From Aduncisulcus paluster (Eukaryota), in NCBI GenBank assembly GCA_024181965.1, contig BQXS01012457.1, positions 1-37,425 on the forward strand: 37,425 nt of DNA, in the 5' to 3' direction. Below, one piece after another: positions 20,558 to 30,486 of the stretch. The position numbers and the translations under genes are program-made. The notes below the pieces were generated by a model, which did no database searches, was not told the DNA's origin, and worked only from the letters and a program-made list of their open reading frames with translations. The stretch's first letter is position 1; every line of letters begins with the position of its first letter.

Positions 20558-23365
20558 ATGGACAATTATTTTATAAATAACCCGATAATCATCATTCCTG
20601 GCTCTTATTATACTCGATATGGCTGTGCAAAATCCATTTCCAGTGTCAAATCTTGTCGAAGTGTTATTGGAGAACTTATTCCCGCGAAAAATAAGAAATC
20701 CTCCCAATCTGCATCATTATGGCAAAATGTTAAACATTTAATTCCTCCAAAATCCTATCAATCAATTGAATCGGTTGAATCTCTATTCGATAAGTTTGAT
20801 GGGATTTTATTTAATTCTCGATCAAAATCGTCAATCATATCCACAAAACATCATCTTTCCAAATCTTCTTCCAAGCGTCGATCCATTACTCCACTTACTT
20901 CCCAAAAAATGTCGGAAAAGCGAAGAAATTCTTTATCCAAATCATCAAAAATATCAAAATCAACAAAATCTAAACACTTGGAAAGCGATGATCATGATTC
21001 TTATGATCATGATTCATATGATGTCAAATGCATAAGTTTCCTTGATTCAGAATCACATCATTTTCCATCAATTCTTGAAATTGACGCTTGTGTCAAAGCT
21101 AATAATCCAATATCATCAGAATTCCTCGTGGAATCTGAAGATTATCTTGGTATTTCCCATGATGGATTTGAGTTACCTTCTCACGTTCCCAATTCTCATC
21201 TAACAGTTCTCCCTTCTTTTCTATATGGAGAAAAAGCCCTTGAACATGCATCGGAATACACAATAACTGACATATTTACGTCAAAAGGCCACCTTAATCT
21301 TCATCCGTGTTCTTTCATCGATCAATCTTCATTCAGTTCATCTTGTCACAGATATCCATCTTCCACGAGCTCTGATTTTGGTGATAAGTTTTCTAAGACA
21401 CATGTTGATTTTGATATTACTCGTTGCATGCACAACACTCAGCTTTTTCTTGGAAGTTTAATATCTTCAGTCATGAATTCATTTCCTCATGAACAGCCAT
21501 TGAAGTCTTCTTCTGTTGAACAAATATCATTGTCTTCCTTGACATTTCCAAATATTTCGATCATATACGTTATTCCCGATTTAATTTCTAAACAAGAATT
21601 ATTCCTTCTTTGTGACATTTTCTTCAAGAATATGAAATTGTATAGCGTCACGTTTATACAAAATAGTGTTGCATGTTGTTTTGGTTCTCTGTCTCTCTCT
21701 TCTCACCAATCTTCTTCAACTGTATCCAAACACACGGCTCCTTTCTCGATTGTTCTTGATATTGGTCATTCTTATTGTTCTTTTTGCGCTGTAAAGGATG
21801 GCAATATTGTTCCTCATACTGCATTCTTACTGAATACTGGGTGCTCTGGTTTCAGAAATGTATTTGTTGATTCTATTTTTGGATCATCTTTCTCAAGTTA
21901 TCAGTCATTTCGTGGTTGTTTTGAAACCAAAAGGAAGGAAGAAAATGGTGATGGAAAAGAGAGAGTGAAAGAAAAAAAGATAGAAGAAGAAGAAAAGAAA
22001 GAAATTTTTGATTTATTTCCACCTCTAATTTATTCTCCTTGTGTTTCAATGTCTTCAATTCACATTGAAAAAAAAATGCATTCAAAACATATCAATATTG
22101 CCAATCTTCCACATATTCGATCACAATTATCTTCTTCGCCAAATCCTCATGGCTTTGATTGCATTATCAATACTATTCTTTCTCATGGGTTATCAATGGA
22201 TTCAACCAATCCTCAATTTACCATCAAGCCTTCCTCTAATTCCTCTTCCTCTTCATCTTCATCTTCCTCTTCCTCTTCTTCGGTTCTTAGTGTTCGATTG
22301 GGAAGTACGTCTCAAGTTATACCATCATGTATGCTTTTACAACCATCATTATGTTCGACGTCTTGTCTTTCTTCTATTCAATCTGAACATTTATATGGTC
22401 ATTTGTCTCATTTTTCAGCTATAAAGAATTCTGAAGATCAAGCAGAGTTGTTAATTCAAAGTTTTGGAAGAATATCGCCATATTTAGACTCTTATTATGG
22501 ATTTATATCACCAATATCCTTGATCCAAAATATATATCAGCTTAAACAACCATATCCAAAGGTTATTGCTGATTCAAAAAGAGATACAGATATAGATCTC
22601 GTGAGTCTATTTTTAGAATTGAGAATAAGAGCATCAATCCTTCGCCATTCAAATCTTTCCTTTATTTCTGATTCTGACATCAAATCACAATGTTCCAAGA
22701 GCACCAATCCAATTAATATGCTAAGTTTTGTTCAAAAAAATCCACAATATGCTATTGTTGAACCAATTTTTGAGCTATGTAAATATATTATTATTTGTGG
22801 ATTGTCTGGTTTCGGCGTTTTGCTTGGAGATGAATTTATATCCAAACAGAAAATGATCCATAAAATTTCAAAAAAGACCAAAAAGAAAGAAAAGAAATCC
22901 AAATTAGAAGAAGAATCAACAAAATGCGAAGAAAAGTCTGATCATGGAAAAGAAGAATCACCGAAACCAAATGTCAATAATGAAACTGAATCTGTTAAGG
23001 AACATTCGACAAAAACAGCAAAAGAAAAGGAATTATCCGACGCACATTCAAATCATGCTCTATTTTTGGATCATTCTTATTTTGAGAATTTTCTTTCCTC
23101 AATTGTTGTGACTGGAGCATTAAGCGAATGTCCATATTTTATTGAGAATTTGAAATACCGTCTACAAGAAACTTTGAAAAAAGATCAGAGCCATTCATTC
23201 AATATAAATATCGAGTCTGCACTGTTGTCACACTCCAATATCGCATTTCACGGATGCTGTGTGATTTCCATGTCAAAAGATTATGCTTCTTGTAATATTA
23301 CGAGAAAAGATTGGTTTGAATTGGGTTCAATAGCCTTGAAAAAAAGCATGTTCGAGTGGATATGA
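20558..23365 (+). CDS. ARP8: Actin-related protein 8 (INO80 complex subunit), divergent, 935 aa
   Basis: IIIIPGSYYTRYG resembles Arp8 IVIHPGS..LRIG. LYGEKAL is present. YVIPDL...FIQNSVACCFG resembles LIPD...HQESVCATFG. VLDIGHSYCSFCAVKDG resembles VVDVGDQKTS.CCVEDG. SIVVTG is present, and the C-terminal ITRKDWFELGSIALKKSMFEW resembles I...EW...G.R.LRE...F.W. Confidence 0.8.
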   Translation: MDNYFINNPIIIIPGSYYTRYGCAKSISSVKSCRSVIGELIPAKNKKSSQSASLWQNVKHLIPPKSYQSIESVESLFDKFDGILFNSRSKSSIISTKHHLSKSSSKRRSITPLTSQKMSEKRRNSLSKSSKISKSTKSKHLESDDHDSYDHDSYDVKCISFLDSESHHFPSILEIDACVKANNPISSEFLVESEDYLGISHDGFELPSHVPNSHLTVLPSFLYGEKALEHASEYTITDIFTSKGHLNLHPCSFIDQSSFSSSCHRYPSSTSSDFGDKFSKTHVDFDITRCMHNTQLFLGSLISSVMNSFPHEQPLKSSSVEQISLSSLTFPNISIIYVIPDLISKQELFLLCDIFFKNMKLYSVTFIQNSVACCFGSLSLSSHQSSSTVSKHTAPFSIVLDIGHSYCSFCAVKDGNIVPHTAFLLNTGCSGFRNVFVDSIFGSSFSSYQSFRGCFETKRKEENGDGKERVKEKKIEEEEKKEIFDLFPPLIYSPCVSMSSIHIEKKMHSKHINIANLPHIRSQLSSSPNPHGFDCIINTILSHGLSMDSTNPQFTIKPSSNSSSSSSSSSSSSSSVLSVRLGSTSQVIPSCMLLQPSLCSTSCLSSIQSEHLYGHLSHFSAIKNSEDQAELLIQSFGRISPYLDSYYGFISPISLIQNIYQLKQPYPKVIADSKRDTDIDLVSLFLELRIRASILRHSNLSFISDSDIKSQCSKSTNPINMLSFVQKNPQYAIVEPIFELCKYIIICGLSGFGVLLGDEFISKQKMIHKISKKTKKKEKKSKLEEESTKCEEKSDHGKEESPKPNVNNETESVKEHSTKTAKEKELSDAHSNHALFLDHSYFENFLSSIVVTGALSECPYFIENLKYRLQETLKKDQSHSFNINIESALLSHSNIAFHGCCVISMSKDYASCNITRKDWFELGSIALKKSMFEWI

Positions 23366-23529
23366 TCAAATAAAGAGATTATAAAGTGTTTTTGTTTGAG
23401 TTAGTGATTCGGTACCAAAGGAATCGGACAGAAATATTTCTGTACAAAACAAGTCATTGTTTAACTATTCCATAGGAAGGCTATGGTATAATTTGAACTC
23501 CAGATCCCACCATACACCATAGTATCATA

Positions 23530-24807
23530 CTACCATGATGGTGCATCATACCATACTGGTGATTCTGACAATTTCTTTAGAGAAGGATAGCAATTATTGA
23601 AGTATCTTGAAATTAAGAGCTTTGTATATACATCATCCCTGTTATCCATGCACCATTCCATGTTGGTAACATATTTAGGAGATATGTGAGGAACAAGAGA
23701 TGGAACAGTGGAAAACATGTAAATGAGTCTGACCCAATATTTGATTCCCCATTTGTTTTTTTCCTTCTTTATAACTGTAAACCACCCGTCAAGAAGATCT
23801 TTAACATTATCATAGACTTCAACAGCATGCGCTGGATCACAACATAAGTCGGCGAAGAACCATAAAACCTCTTCATGACCATCCTCAACAATCTTATCCC
23901 CAACAAACTCTCTCTTAACAACATCAAGAACAGGGTGGAAGAGAGGCCAAGCTTCAGAACAGAGGGATTTGTTGGGGGTTGAATTGTCACTTGAGAGGGT
24001 TATTCTTGATAGAATAATCATCCATCTTCCATAATACTTACTATTGTTGTATATTCTCAACCAATCTCTGATATATGGTTTGATGAGGGTGAAAATAGAG
24101 GATCGAGTGGAAGAAGAAAGAGAATTAGAGATGTTTCCGAGAGTACTTAGTAAATGTAGAACAACATCACCTCCCAACTTCTTCTTACTTCCTCTCTCAA
24201 GAATACGTTGGAAAGTGGGGGAGATCTTTGGAAGGAAGGAATCCCATTTATCTTGAACTAAAGCGGTATAACACATACAAATATAACAATACAATTCATC
24301 AACATCTCCTTCCAACACTTCCTCACATCTTGATAGATGATCAATGAAAGTGTCAATGAGATCATTCAGATCAGGAATAGGGAGATTGATCGAATTTCCA
24401 GAAATAACACGTCTAGCAAACCATATTAAACAGTGAGCACCAAGAACAATCTTTTCCTTGTGCTCTTCAATCTCACGCTTTGATTGGAATGCAAGGAAGA
24501 CAGAGAGAATCTCATCTCGATGTTCATGGTAGAGTTTGGAAGTTGATTCCGAGTCAGGGCATTTCTTGATTTCATTGAGTAATTCAAAAGTAATACGATC
24601 CACTTTTCTCATCAATCTAGCTGTTTTGAGTTCTTCTCTCTTCCTCTTTTCTTCTTCAAGCTTCTTATTCTCTTCTTCTTTCTTCCTCTTTTCTTTTTCA
24701 AGCTTCAATTTCTGTTTCAAGGCTTCAACCTCTTTGTCTTGACGATCAACTTCTTTCCTCAAATCTTCTTCCTCTTTTTCCTTCTTCTTCTTCTTCTTTT
24801 GAAGCAT
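23530..24807 (-). CDS. Coiled-coil plus helical (ARM/HEAT-like) region; probably the C-terminal half of the upstream kinase, separated from it by a frameshift
   Basis: Long ORF with a K/E-rich coiled coil followed by Leu/Trp-rich amphipathic helices. It overlaps the kinase ORF end by 62 nt in another frame, and its only candidate ATG lies inside the kinase CDS. Confidence 0.7.
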   Translation of the reverse strand: MLQKKKKKKEKEEEDLRKEVDRQDKEVEALKQKLKLEKEKRKKEEENKKLEEEKRKREELKTARLMRKVDRITFELLNEIKKCPDSESTSKLYHEHRDEILSVFLAFQSKREIEEHKEKIVLGAHCLIWFARRVISGNSINLPIPDLNDLIDTFIDHLSRCEEVLEGDVDELYCYICMCYTALVQDKWDSFLPKISPTFQRILERGSKKKLGGDVVLHLLSTLGNISNSLSSSTRSSIFTLIKPYIRDWLRIYNNSKYYGRWMIILSRITLSSDNSTPNKSLCSEAWPLFHPVLDVVKREFVGDKIVEDGHEEVLWFFADLCCDPAHAVEVYDNVKDLLDGWFTVIKKEKNKWGIKYWVRLIYMFSTVPSLVPHISPKYVTNMEWCMDNRDDVYTKLLISRYFNNCYPSLKKLSESPVWYDAPSW

Positions 24808-26203
24808 TTGAACTTGTACTTGGTGTCTTGGATTCTGATGGACTACTCAAACTCAAACCATCATCCCAATTTGGTTTTAACTCAACACTTTGAATTGAAG
24901 CATCTTCCTCAACAATGCATCCAGAATCACCTTTATGCTTGGCAAGCTGAGCCTTCACAATATCGTCAATGGATGGACATTTCCACCCTTCTCCAATCTT
25001 TGGAAGAAGAGGTTTGATGGATTGAACTTTCTCACAGGCTTCATGAACACTCATACGTTTATCAATGTTAACCTTTGTCATTCCTCCGAATATTTCATTC
25101 AGACAGGAATAAACAGGCTTGAATTTACCACCTTCAATGGTTTTTAGAGTTTTGAAAAGACGGGATTCACAGAGTTTTGGACCCATATCACTTTCAATCA
25201 CCTCTTTGAGTTTCTTGGCAAATAGAATCGCCGACTTAATTCCTTGTAACACTTTCATTTGAAGGAAAGGATCCTGAGCCTTGAACATTGCAAGGATAGT
25301 CAGCCCGAGTGAGTAAGCATCGCTCTCTTGGCTTTGATCTCCTTTGAGAGCTTCACAAGAGTTGTACACAATCGTGCCACAGATGGAGCGTTCGGGTTTG
25401 GGTTTGGATTTGGATTTATGTTTGTGTTTAGCTTCAGTATCTTCAGACTTGGATATATCAACAAAGCTCTTGGAAGTCGTGGAAGAGGAGATGGAGTCTT
25501 GGATCTGAGCAAGACCGAGATCAGAGAGAACAATGGTACATTTCATGGAATCGGGATCAACACGAACAAGGAAGTTGTCAGGCTTAATGTCTCGGTGAAT
25601 AAGGTCGGGCTTGGCTTTGAACACTTCGGAAAGACACTCGATCATTCCAACACACAATGCACTCACTCTCAGAGGATCAAGAGTCATGGGGTCAATGCGA
25701 GTGGAGCTTGAGTCGGAGTCAGAGTCAGAGTCAGAGTCAGAGTCAGAGCTTGAGTCTTCAGATTCAACTGAGAAGCTTGAACATCCACGTCCATACTTGC
25801 CTCCAACACACCAACTCCTGGAAAAGTCTTTCACACTGCCTCCAATACAAAACTCCATGCAAAACCCATACACACCTTTATAGTCCTCGTCAAGAAGGTC
25901 AAGAATGTAGATGGGGCGAGGGATACGGTTGAAACATTTGGTGAACAACTTCAATTGGATCTTGAACTCCTTGCGACACGCTTTGATAACGTCCTTGTCA
26001 CCGACTTTAAGAAGTTTCTTCAGAACACAAGGATGAGAAACGCCGTCAATACTCACAATGTAAACGGCCCCGAACCCACCTTTACCACACAAACACAAGC
26101 ACTTTAGAGCTGATGCAGAGGTGAGAGTCTTGTCGTCTTGTTTACGTTTGTACCCAGATTTCGAGGTTTTTGATACTTTTGATGTAGATTTGTCTTTGCC
26201 CAT
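24746..26203 (-). CDS. Protein kinase of the same lineage-specific family as the modular kinase (ATG at 26203, MGKDKS...)
   Basis: GKGGFG, VLKK, CRKEFKIQLKLF, HRDIKPDNFLVRVDP, DLG, CGTIVYNSCE and SDAYSLG are present. Long stretches are shared with the kinase at 1670-2790 (CFNRIPRP.YILDLLD, DPMTL.P..V..LCVGMIECL, LLPKIGEG). Confidence 0.92.
   Translation of the reverse strand: MGKDKSTSKVSKTSKSGYKRKQDDKTLTSASALKCLCLCGKGGFGAVYIVSIDGVSHPCVLKKLLKVGDKDVIKACRKEFKIQLKLFTKCFNRIPRPIYILDLLDEDYKGVYGFCMEFCIGGSVKDFSRSWCVGGKYGRGCSSFSVESEDSSSDSDSDSDSDSDSSSTRIDPMTLDPLRVSALCVGMIECLSEVFKAKPDLIHRDIKPDNFLVRVDPDSMKCTIVLSDLGLAQIQDSISSSTTSKSFVDISKSEDTEAKHKHKSKSKPKPERSICGTIVYNSCEALKGDQSQESDAYSLGLTILAMFKAQDPFLQMKVLQGIKSAILFAKKLKEVIESDMGPKLCESRLFKTLKTIEGGKFKPVYSCLNEIFGGMTKVNIDKRMSVHEACEKVQSIKPLLPKIGEGWKCPSIDDIVKAQLAKHKGDSGCIVEEDASIQSVELKPNWDDGLSLSSPSESKTPSTSSNASKEEEEEGKRGRRFEERS
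25709..25747 (-). repeat. (GAGTCA)n hexanucleotide repeat encoding an SDSDSD insert in the kinase
   Basis: About six tandem GAGTC(A/G) units on the + strand. Confidence 0.9.
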
Positions 26204-26309
26204 TGTAGAAAACGGAAGAAACAACCAACCAACCAATGGAAGATAGAAATAGTCTTAGAGTGTACAAATTACGAACGAATGAATGATGAAGATGCGATTG
26301 ACCAGCAGA

Positions 26310-26420
26310 CTAGGAATGCAAAGAGAAGGATGGTGAGGAATAACAAAGAGAATAATAATAAATGAAAAAGAACGAAAGGAAAAGCAACAGAAATATTTTT
26401 CATGAATCGGGGAAACATAC
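26310..26420 (-). other. Possible 5'-UTR intron of the second kinase (GTATGT...CCTAG, 111 nt)
   Basis: It has the same GTATGT donor as the inferred kinase introns, a long pyrimidine-rich body and a TAG about 107 nt upstream of the ATG. There is no reading-frame test for a UTR intron. Confidence 0.35.
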
Positions 26421-26488
26421 TGAAATAGCGGGCCGAACACAAAAGATTCTCTCGTAGTTGTAACGAAAAAGGGCTGGGCTTTCAGCTT

Positions 26489-26964
26489 CAATATGAGTGT
26501 GGACAGAAGTAAGGATATTTCATGCTTAAATTATTTTTGCACAGCATTTTATTCATTTTATTTATTTTTGATATTTTTATTATATTATATATTGGATACT
26601 TCCAGTTTCTAGTTTGAAATTCTGTCGCTCACGAGCTTTGCGAGGTTCATGCGTTCATCGTTTGAAAGCACAATATTTGGAATAGTGCGATATAAAATTT
26701 TGGATAGTATTTCAATNNNNNNNNNNNNNNNNNNNNCAATATGAGTGTGGACAGAAGTAAGGATATTTCATGCTTAAATTATTTTTGCACAGCATTTTAT
26801 TCATTTTATTTATTTTTGATATTTTTATTATATTATATATTGGATACTTCCAGTTTCTAGTTTGAAATTCTGTCGCTCACGAGCTTTGCGAGGTTCATGC
26901 GTTCATCGTTTGAAAGCACAATATTTGGAATAGTGCGATATAAAATTTTGGATAGTATTGCAAT
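26489..26964. repeat. Duplicated flanks of the 20-N gap 26717-26736 (offset 248); probable contig overlap
   Basis: 26489-26716 is repeated at 26737-26964 with one mismatch near the end. Confidence 0.85.
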
Positions 26965-27533
26965 TGTCCGTTGTTGACATCAAAGGATCGAAAAGTCGCC
27001 ATTTGGATGGCATCATGACATATCCTTGGAGATACAATGGGATAAAATAATACTTTTTTTCTTCCACATGTTCATTTTATTCCCGTCTACCTTGGAGATA
27101 TTGCCAACATGGCTTTCTTTTTGAGAGCTTTCGATTTTCTTTCGATTAGCTAAGATCTGAAATAATATCATCTTTCACGAACTTATATGAGCTTTGAGGG
27201 TTGGGTTTAAGATTTTTCAAATGTATTCAAAGATCGACACAGATTCTGCTTTTATTGAATATCGTATCGATTCATTGCTTCATTGCTTCATTTCTTGTAT
27301 TGGTGAGACTATGATGCGTTAGAAGTCGTTATGTGACAACATCTTAAGAACAAATCAACCAATCACCCCGATCTATTTTGAAATATATATTATATAAATA
27401 TATATTATAAAATATATTATATATATAGAAATTTTAAGTAGTTGGATCAAAACCCTTGTTGATGACTCACTGCGATATTAATGCTTATCATGTAAATCAG
27501 GGTTAAATTGACTGTTATAGAGGAGTTGATTAA

Positions 27534-28610
27534 TTAAGGAAATATTTTATCGATGGTTTTTTTAATTTTCTCCTTGTCATCTTTGGAAAGTGAAAATGAA
27601 TATTTTACACGGAAAGATGGGAGAGACTTCAACGTCTCAGCAAGAGAAAACGAGATATCTGTTGTTTGAGGGGCCGTTGTTTTCGAAGTTGTCAAGGAAG
27701 GTATTTCTGTTTCTTTTAATTTGCTAGCCAAAGTTCCTGTTTTTTTCTTTTTATATTGACGACTTTTGGGCTTATTTTTCACCTTTTTGACCGGTTTTTT
27801 GTCTCGTTTTGATGATGATTTGCTTCTTTCTTTTGATTTGAACTGTTCGACCCAACGGGGAAAATCTCTTGAGAATTCCTTGAATCTGAACATTCCAACC
27901 TTATTTTTGCCATCAATAGAGATGGTTCTTGTCACATCACTCAGCTTTATCCATATTGCTTTTGTTATCTCTTTTTTCTGGATAGAAATAACATCGGAGG
28001 TTGTAATAGGTAAATGAACGGGAACTACGTATTCAATATATGTTTTTTTATCGGAATAATCATAGTCAAGTACCATGTCTGAGTTAATTGTGATGTCAAG
28101 TTCTTCTTTTATCTCTCTAATACAAGCATCGAGTACACTCTCATTTTGATGGAATTTCCCACCTGGAAGGGAGTAATTTCCAGAAGATACATCCTGAACA
28201 GCGAGAACATGCTCTAAATCTCTATCGAATAAAGCACAAACAATCCTTGGAATTCTTTTTTTGTAAGACACTTGAATGGAAATATATGATTTGATAGGGA
28301 TATCATGGAGCTCTAAGAGTCGTTCGGCAACCTTAGATGGGATCTTTCGGCCTTCATGAATAAAGTTACAAGCATGATCCAGGAAGGATCGAGAAAATCT
28401 CCATTTATCTTTTTCATTTGGGGTTATAGAAGAGTCATCTTGGGGTATTAATGTATCAGAATCTGAATAATCATCGTTAAATTTAAAGAATAAACGAGTG
28501 GAAATCGTATAAATGAGTCGTGGAATAGCTAGTTCATCACTGGATAAATCAAACAAATCTTGGAGCAATTCCCAGAAGACTTCTTCTTCAGATAACTCAT
28601 CTTCACTCAT
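27534..28610 (-). CDS. DCP2: mRNA decapping enzyme Dcp2-like Nudix hydrolase, 358 aa
   Basis: Nudix box GKFHQNESVLDACIREIKEELDI. YKKRIPRIVCALFDRDLEHVLAVQ resembles Dcp2 YK..VP.YGAI.LD..LE.VLLVQ. KKEITKAIWI resembles RKEI..IEWF. The N-terminus is a divergent Box A-like region. Confidence 0.8.
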   Translation of the reverse strand: MSEDELSEEEVFWELLQDLFDLSSDELAIPRLIYTISTRLFFKFNDDYSDSDTLIPQDDSSITPNEKDKWRFSRSFLDHACNFIHEGRKIPSKVAERLLELHDIPIKSYISIQVSYKKRIPRIVCALFDRDLEHVLAVQDVSSGNYSLPGGKFHQNESVLDACIREIKEELDITINSDMVLDYDYSDKKTYIEYVVPVHLPITTSDVISIQKKEITKAIWIKLSDVTRTISIDGKNKVGMFRFKEFSRDFPRWVEQFKSKERSKSSSKRDKKPVKKVKNKPKSRQYKKKKTGTLASKLKETEIPSLTTSKTTAPQTTDISFSLAETLKSLPSFRVKYSFSLSKDDKEKIKKTIDKIFP

Positions 28611-28713
28611 TTTTATCCTTTATATTTTCTCCAAGCTCACAAAAGAAGAAACTTCACAATAATTGATCATCCAAAAATAAAAGTAGCCAACAAAGCGAAA
28701 AAAAATAATTTAT

Positions 28714-30060
28714 TTATTCAACTGCATCATTAAAATACTTAAATAATGATGAAAATGGCGTTGGGAAAGCCACAGATGATTTAGATACCTTTTCCACGGT
28801 TTTACCGGCAAATTTGAAAGATTTAAGAATGTCAGAGGTTGTTAAACCAATGGAATACTTATGATAAGTTAATACTGCCGCAATACTCACTAATATCGAT
28901 GCACAGGCCAATCCTCCAAATCTTTTTGAAATCTCGTCAGGAAATACATCTTGTCTCACTTTAATTGCATTTAAAGATGCTAAAACCGTTGAAACAGCAC
29001 CAGCGATGATATCTCCCTGACCAGCTGCCCGACAAGGACTCTTCAATGAATAAACAGGTTTACAAACAATTTCAAAGTCACGATCGTGAGCTATCATTTG
29101 TTCAAGTGAAGGGACTGGCTGTTTTGGCTGCTTTGATGGTGTTCTACAAACGGGTGAATCCGAAACAGAAGGGGCAGTTGACTTAGTAGCAGAAAATTTG
29201 ACAGGTTCCTTAACGCAAACTATATCAATTGCTCCTTTTGATAAAATTGAACAATTTGTCAGTTTACATAACTTTGTGATCAAGGAACAAGCATCTTTCA
29301 ACCGATCATCCAAAGAACTTAAGATTTCGGCATCACCTGATGTTGAAACGGCTTGTGAAAGAGAAAAGGTTTGAGATGAAATGTTCATAAATTCCTTGAA
29401 GATATCTTCAACTGATCGTTTTTTATGGTCATCTTTTCGAATCTCGTCACTTTCAAATATTTTTGAAACAATACAGAGGGCCAATAATTCCCTAAAATTA
29501 GGAGTTAACGTGATATCAACGTTTTTAATTGGGAATTCAAGCCAACCGTCTCGGACCATGTCGCATAAGAGAGTGATACCATCTCCATCCACAACCATGG
29601 GAATTCTTTTATGCTGGGCCACTTTCATACATGTATATAACATTACTTTTGCCGCTAAAGATCTTCCCAAACCAGAGCCAATAGATAACGCATTGACACG
29701 AAGGGCATTGATAGTCGGATATACTCTCGATGACAAACCGAAAAAGTCGGAACTTGATATTCCACTTTCTTGAAATTCGAATTCTCTAGCAATTTCATAT
29801 AGTTTTTTCATCTCAATGACAACGGCGTCAGGACATAACATTCGGATGGGATTTGGATTAGATAGACACAATACATAGGCATAATCACATCCTAAAAATA
29901 AAGACGATAATGCAGCAAAGGAAGGTGCTCCTATATATTCATCACAACCGCCAATAAAAGCAATTCTTCCTGAACTCCCTTTATGAAGCTTCTCTGGGGA
30001 TTCAAAAGGTTTTACGAATGTTTTAATGAATAAAGAAACACTTTCTTGAAAAGTTAACAT
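28714..30060 (-). CDS. NAXD: ATP/ADP-dependent NAD(P)HX dehydratase (YjeF C-terminal, ribokinase-like), ~448 aa
   Basis: HKGSSGRIAFIGGCDEYIGAPSFAA, IGSGLGR, VVDGDG, LTPNFRE, LSKGAIDIV and RAAGQGDIIAG are present. The first in-frame ATG is at 30060. Confidence 0.92.
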   Translation of the reverse strand: MLTFQESVSLFIKTFVKPFESPEKLHKGSSGRIAFIGGCDEYIGAPSFAALSSLFLGCDYAYVLCLSNPNPIRMLCPDAVVIEMKKLYEIAREFEFQESGISSSDFFGLSSRVYPTINALRVNALSIGSGLGRSLAAKVMLYTCMKVAQHKRIPMVVDGDGITLLCDMVRDGWLEFPIKNVDITLTPNFRELLALCIVSKIFESDEIRKDDHKKRSVEDIFKEFMNISSQTFSLSQAVSTSGDAEILSSLDDRLKDACSLITKLCKLTNCSILSKGAIDIVCVKEPVKFSATKSTAPSVSDSPVCRTPSKQPKQPVPSLEQMIAHDRDFEIVCKPVYSLKSPCRAAGQGDIIAGAVSTVLASLNAIKVRQDVFPDEISKRFGGLACASILVSIAAVLTYHKYSIGLTTSDILKSFKFAGKTVEKVSKSSVAFPTPFSSLFKYFNDAVE

Positions 30061-30486
30061 AAGATAAACTTGTACAGTAGTCAAATCGAAAAGAAAATCG
30101 TGAATGAACGGTATGGTGGAAGGTCAACATTGAATTCTGATAAAAATGTTCATTGATACGTAATAATTTTATTTAACCTTATTTTGAACGTTTAAGCACT
30201 AGTGGCGGGCAGAAAAAGGAAAAAATCCATACAACATGATCCACTGGCCTATGTAATGCAAATTAAATAATTCATGCTTCTATATTTAATAATGAATAAC
30301 ATATTTGAAAATTCAAATATGCCATCCAAGGAATCAATTGAAAATCGAAAATGCGTTAATTGACAAATAGAGCCTTTTGTCAACCAGTTATCACCTTAAT
30401 TGGATATATCTGTCACTTTTTAACAAATTGACCATTTCTTTTTGCGAAATTTACTATAAAAGAATTGTTGACTGTCATAATTTTTG

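Noticed and set aside
26255-26491. 78-aa hydrophobic ORF upstream of the second kinase
   Set aside because: Non-ATG start and T-rich composition; better explained as UTR/intron sequence.
1084-26964. Direct repeats of ~230-290 bp flanking each of the five 20-N gaps (1311, 6840, 16138, 18696, 26717)
   Set aside because: The uniform 20-N spacer and near-identical flanks, plus restoration of reading frames when the coding ones are collapsed, indicate unmerged contig overlaps rather than LTRs or biological repeats. The 6840 gap could still hide extra modules.
27381-27428. AT-only quasi-palindromic tract
   Set aside because: Low-complexity (TA)n-like intergenic sequence with no further structure.
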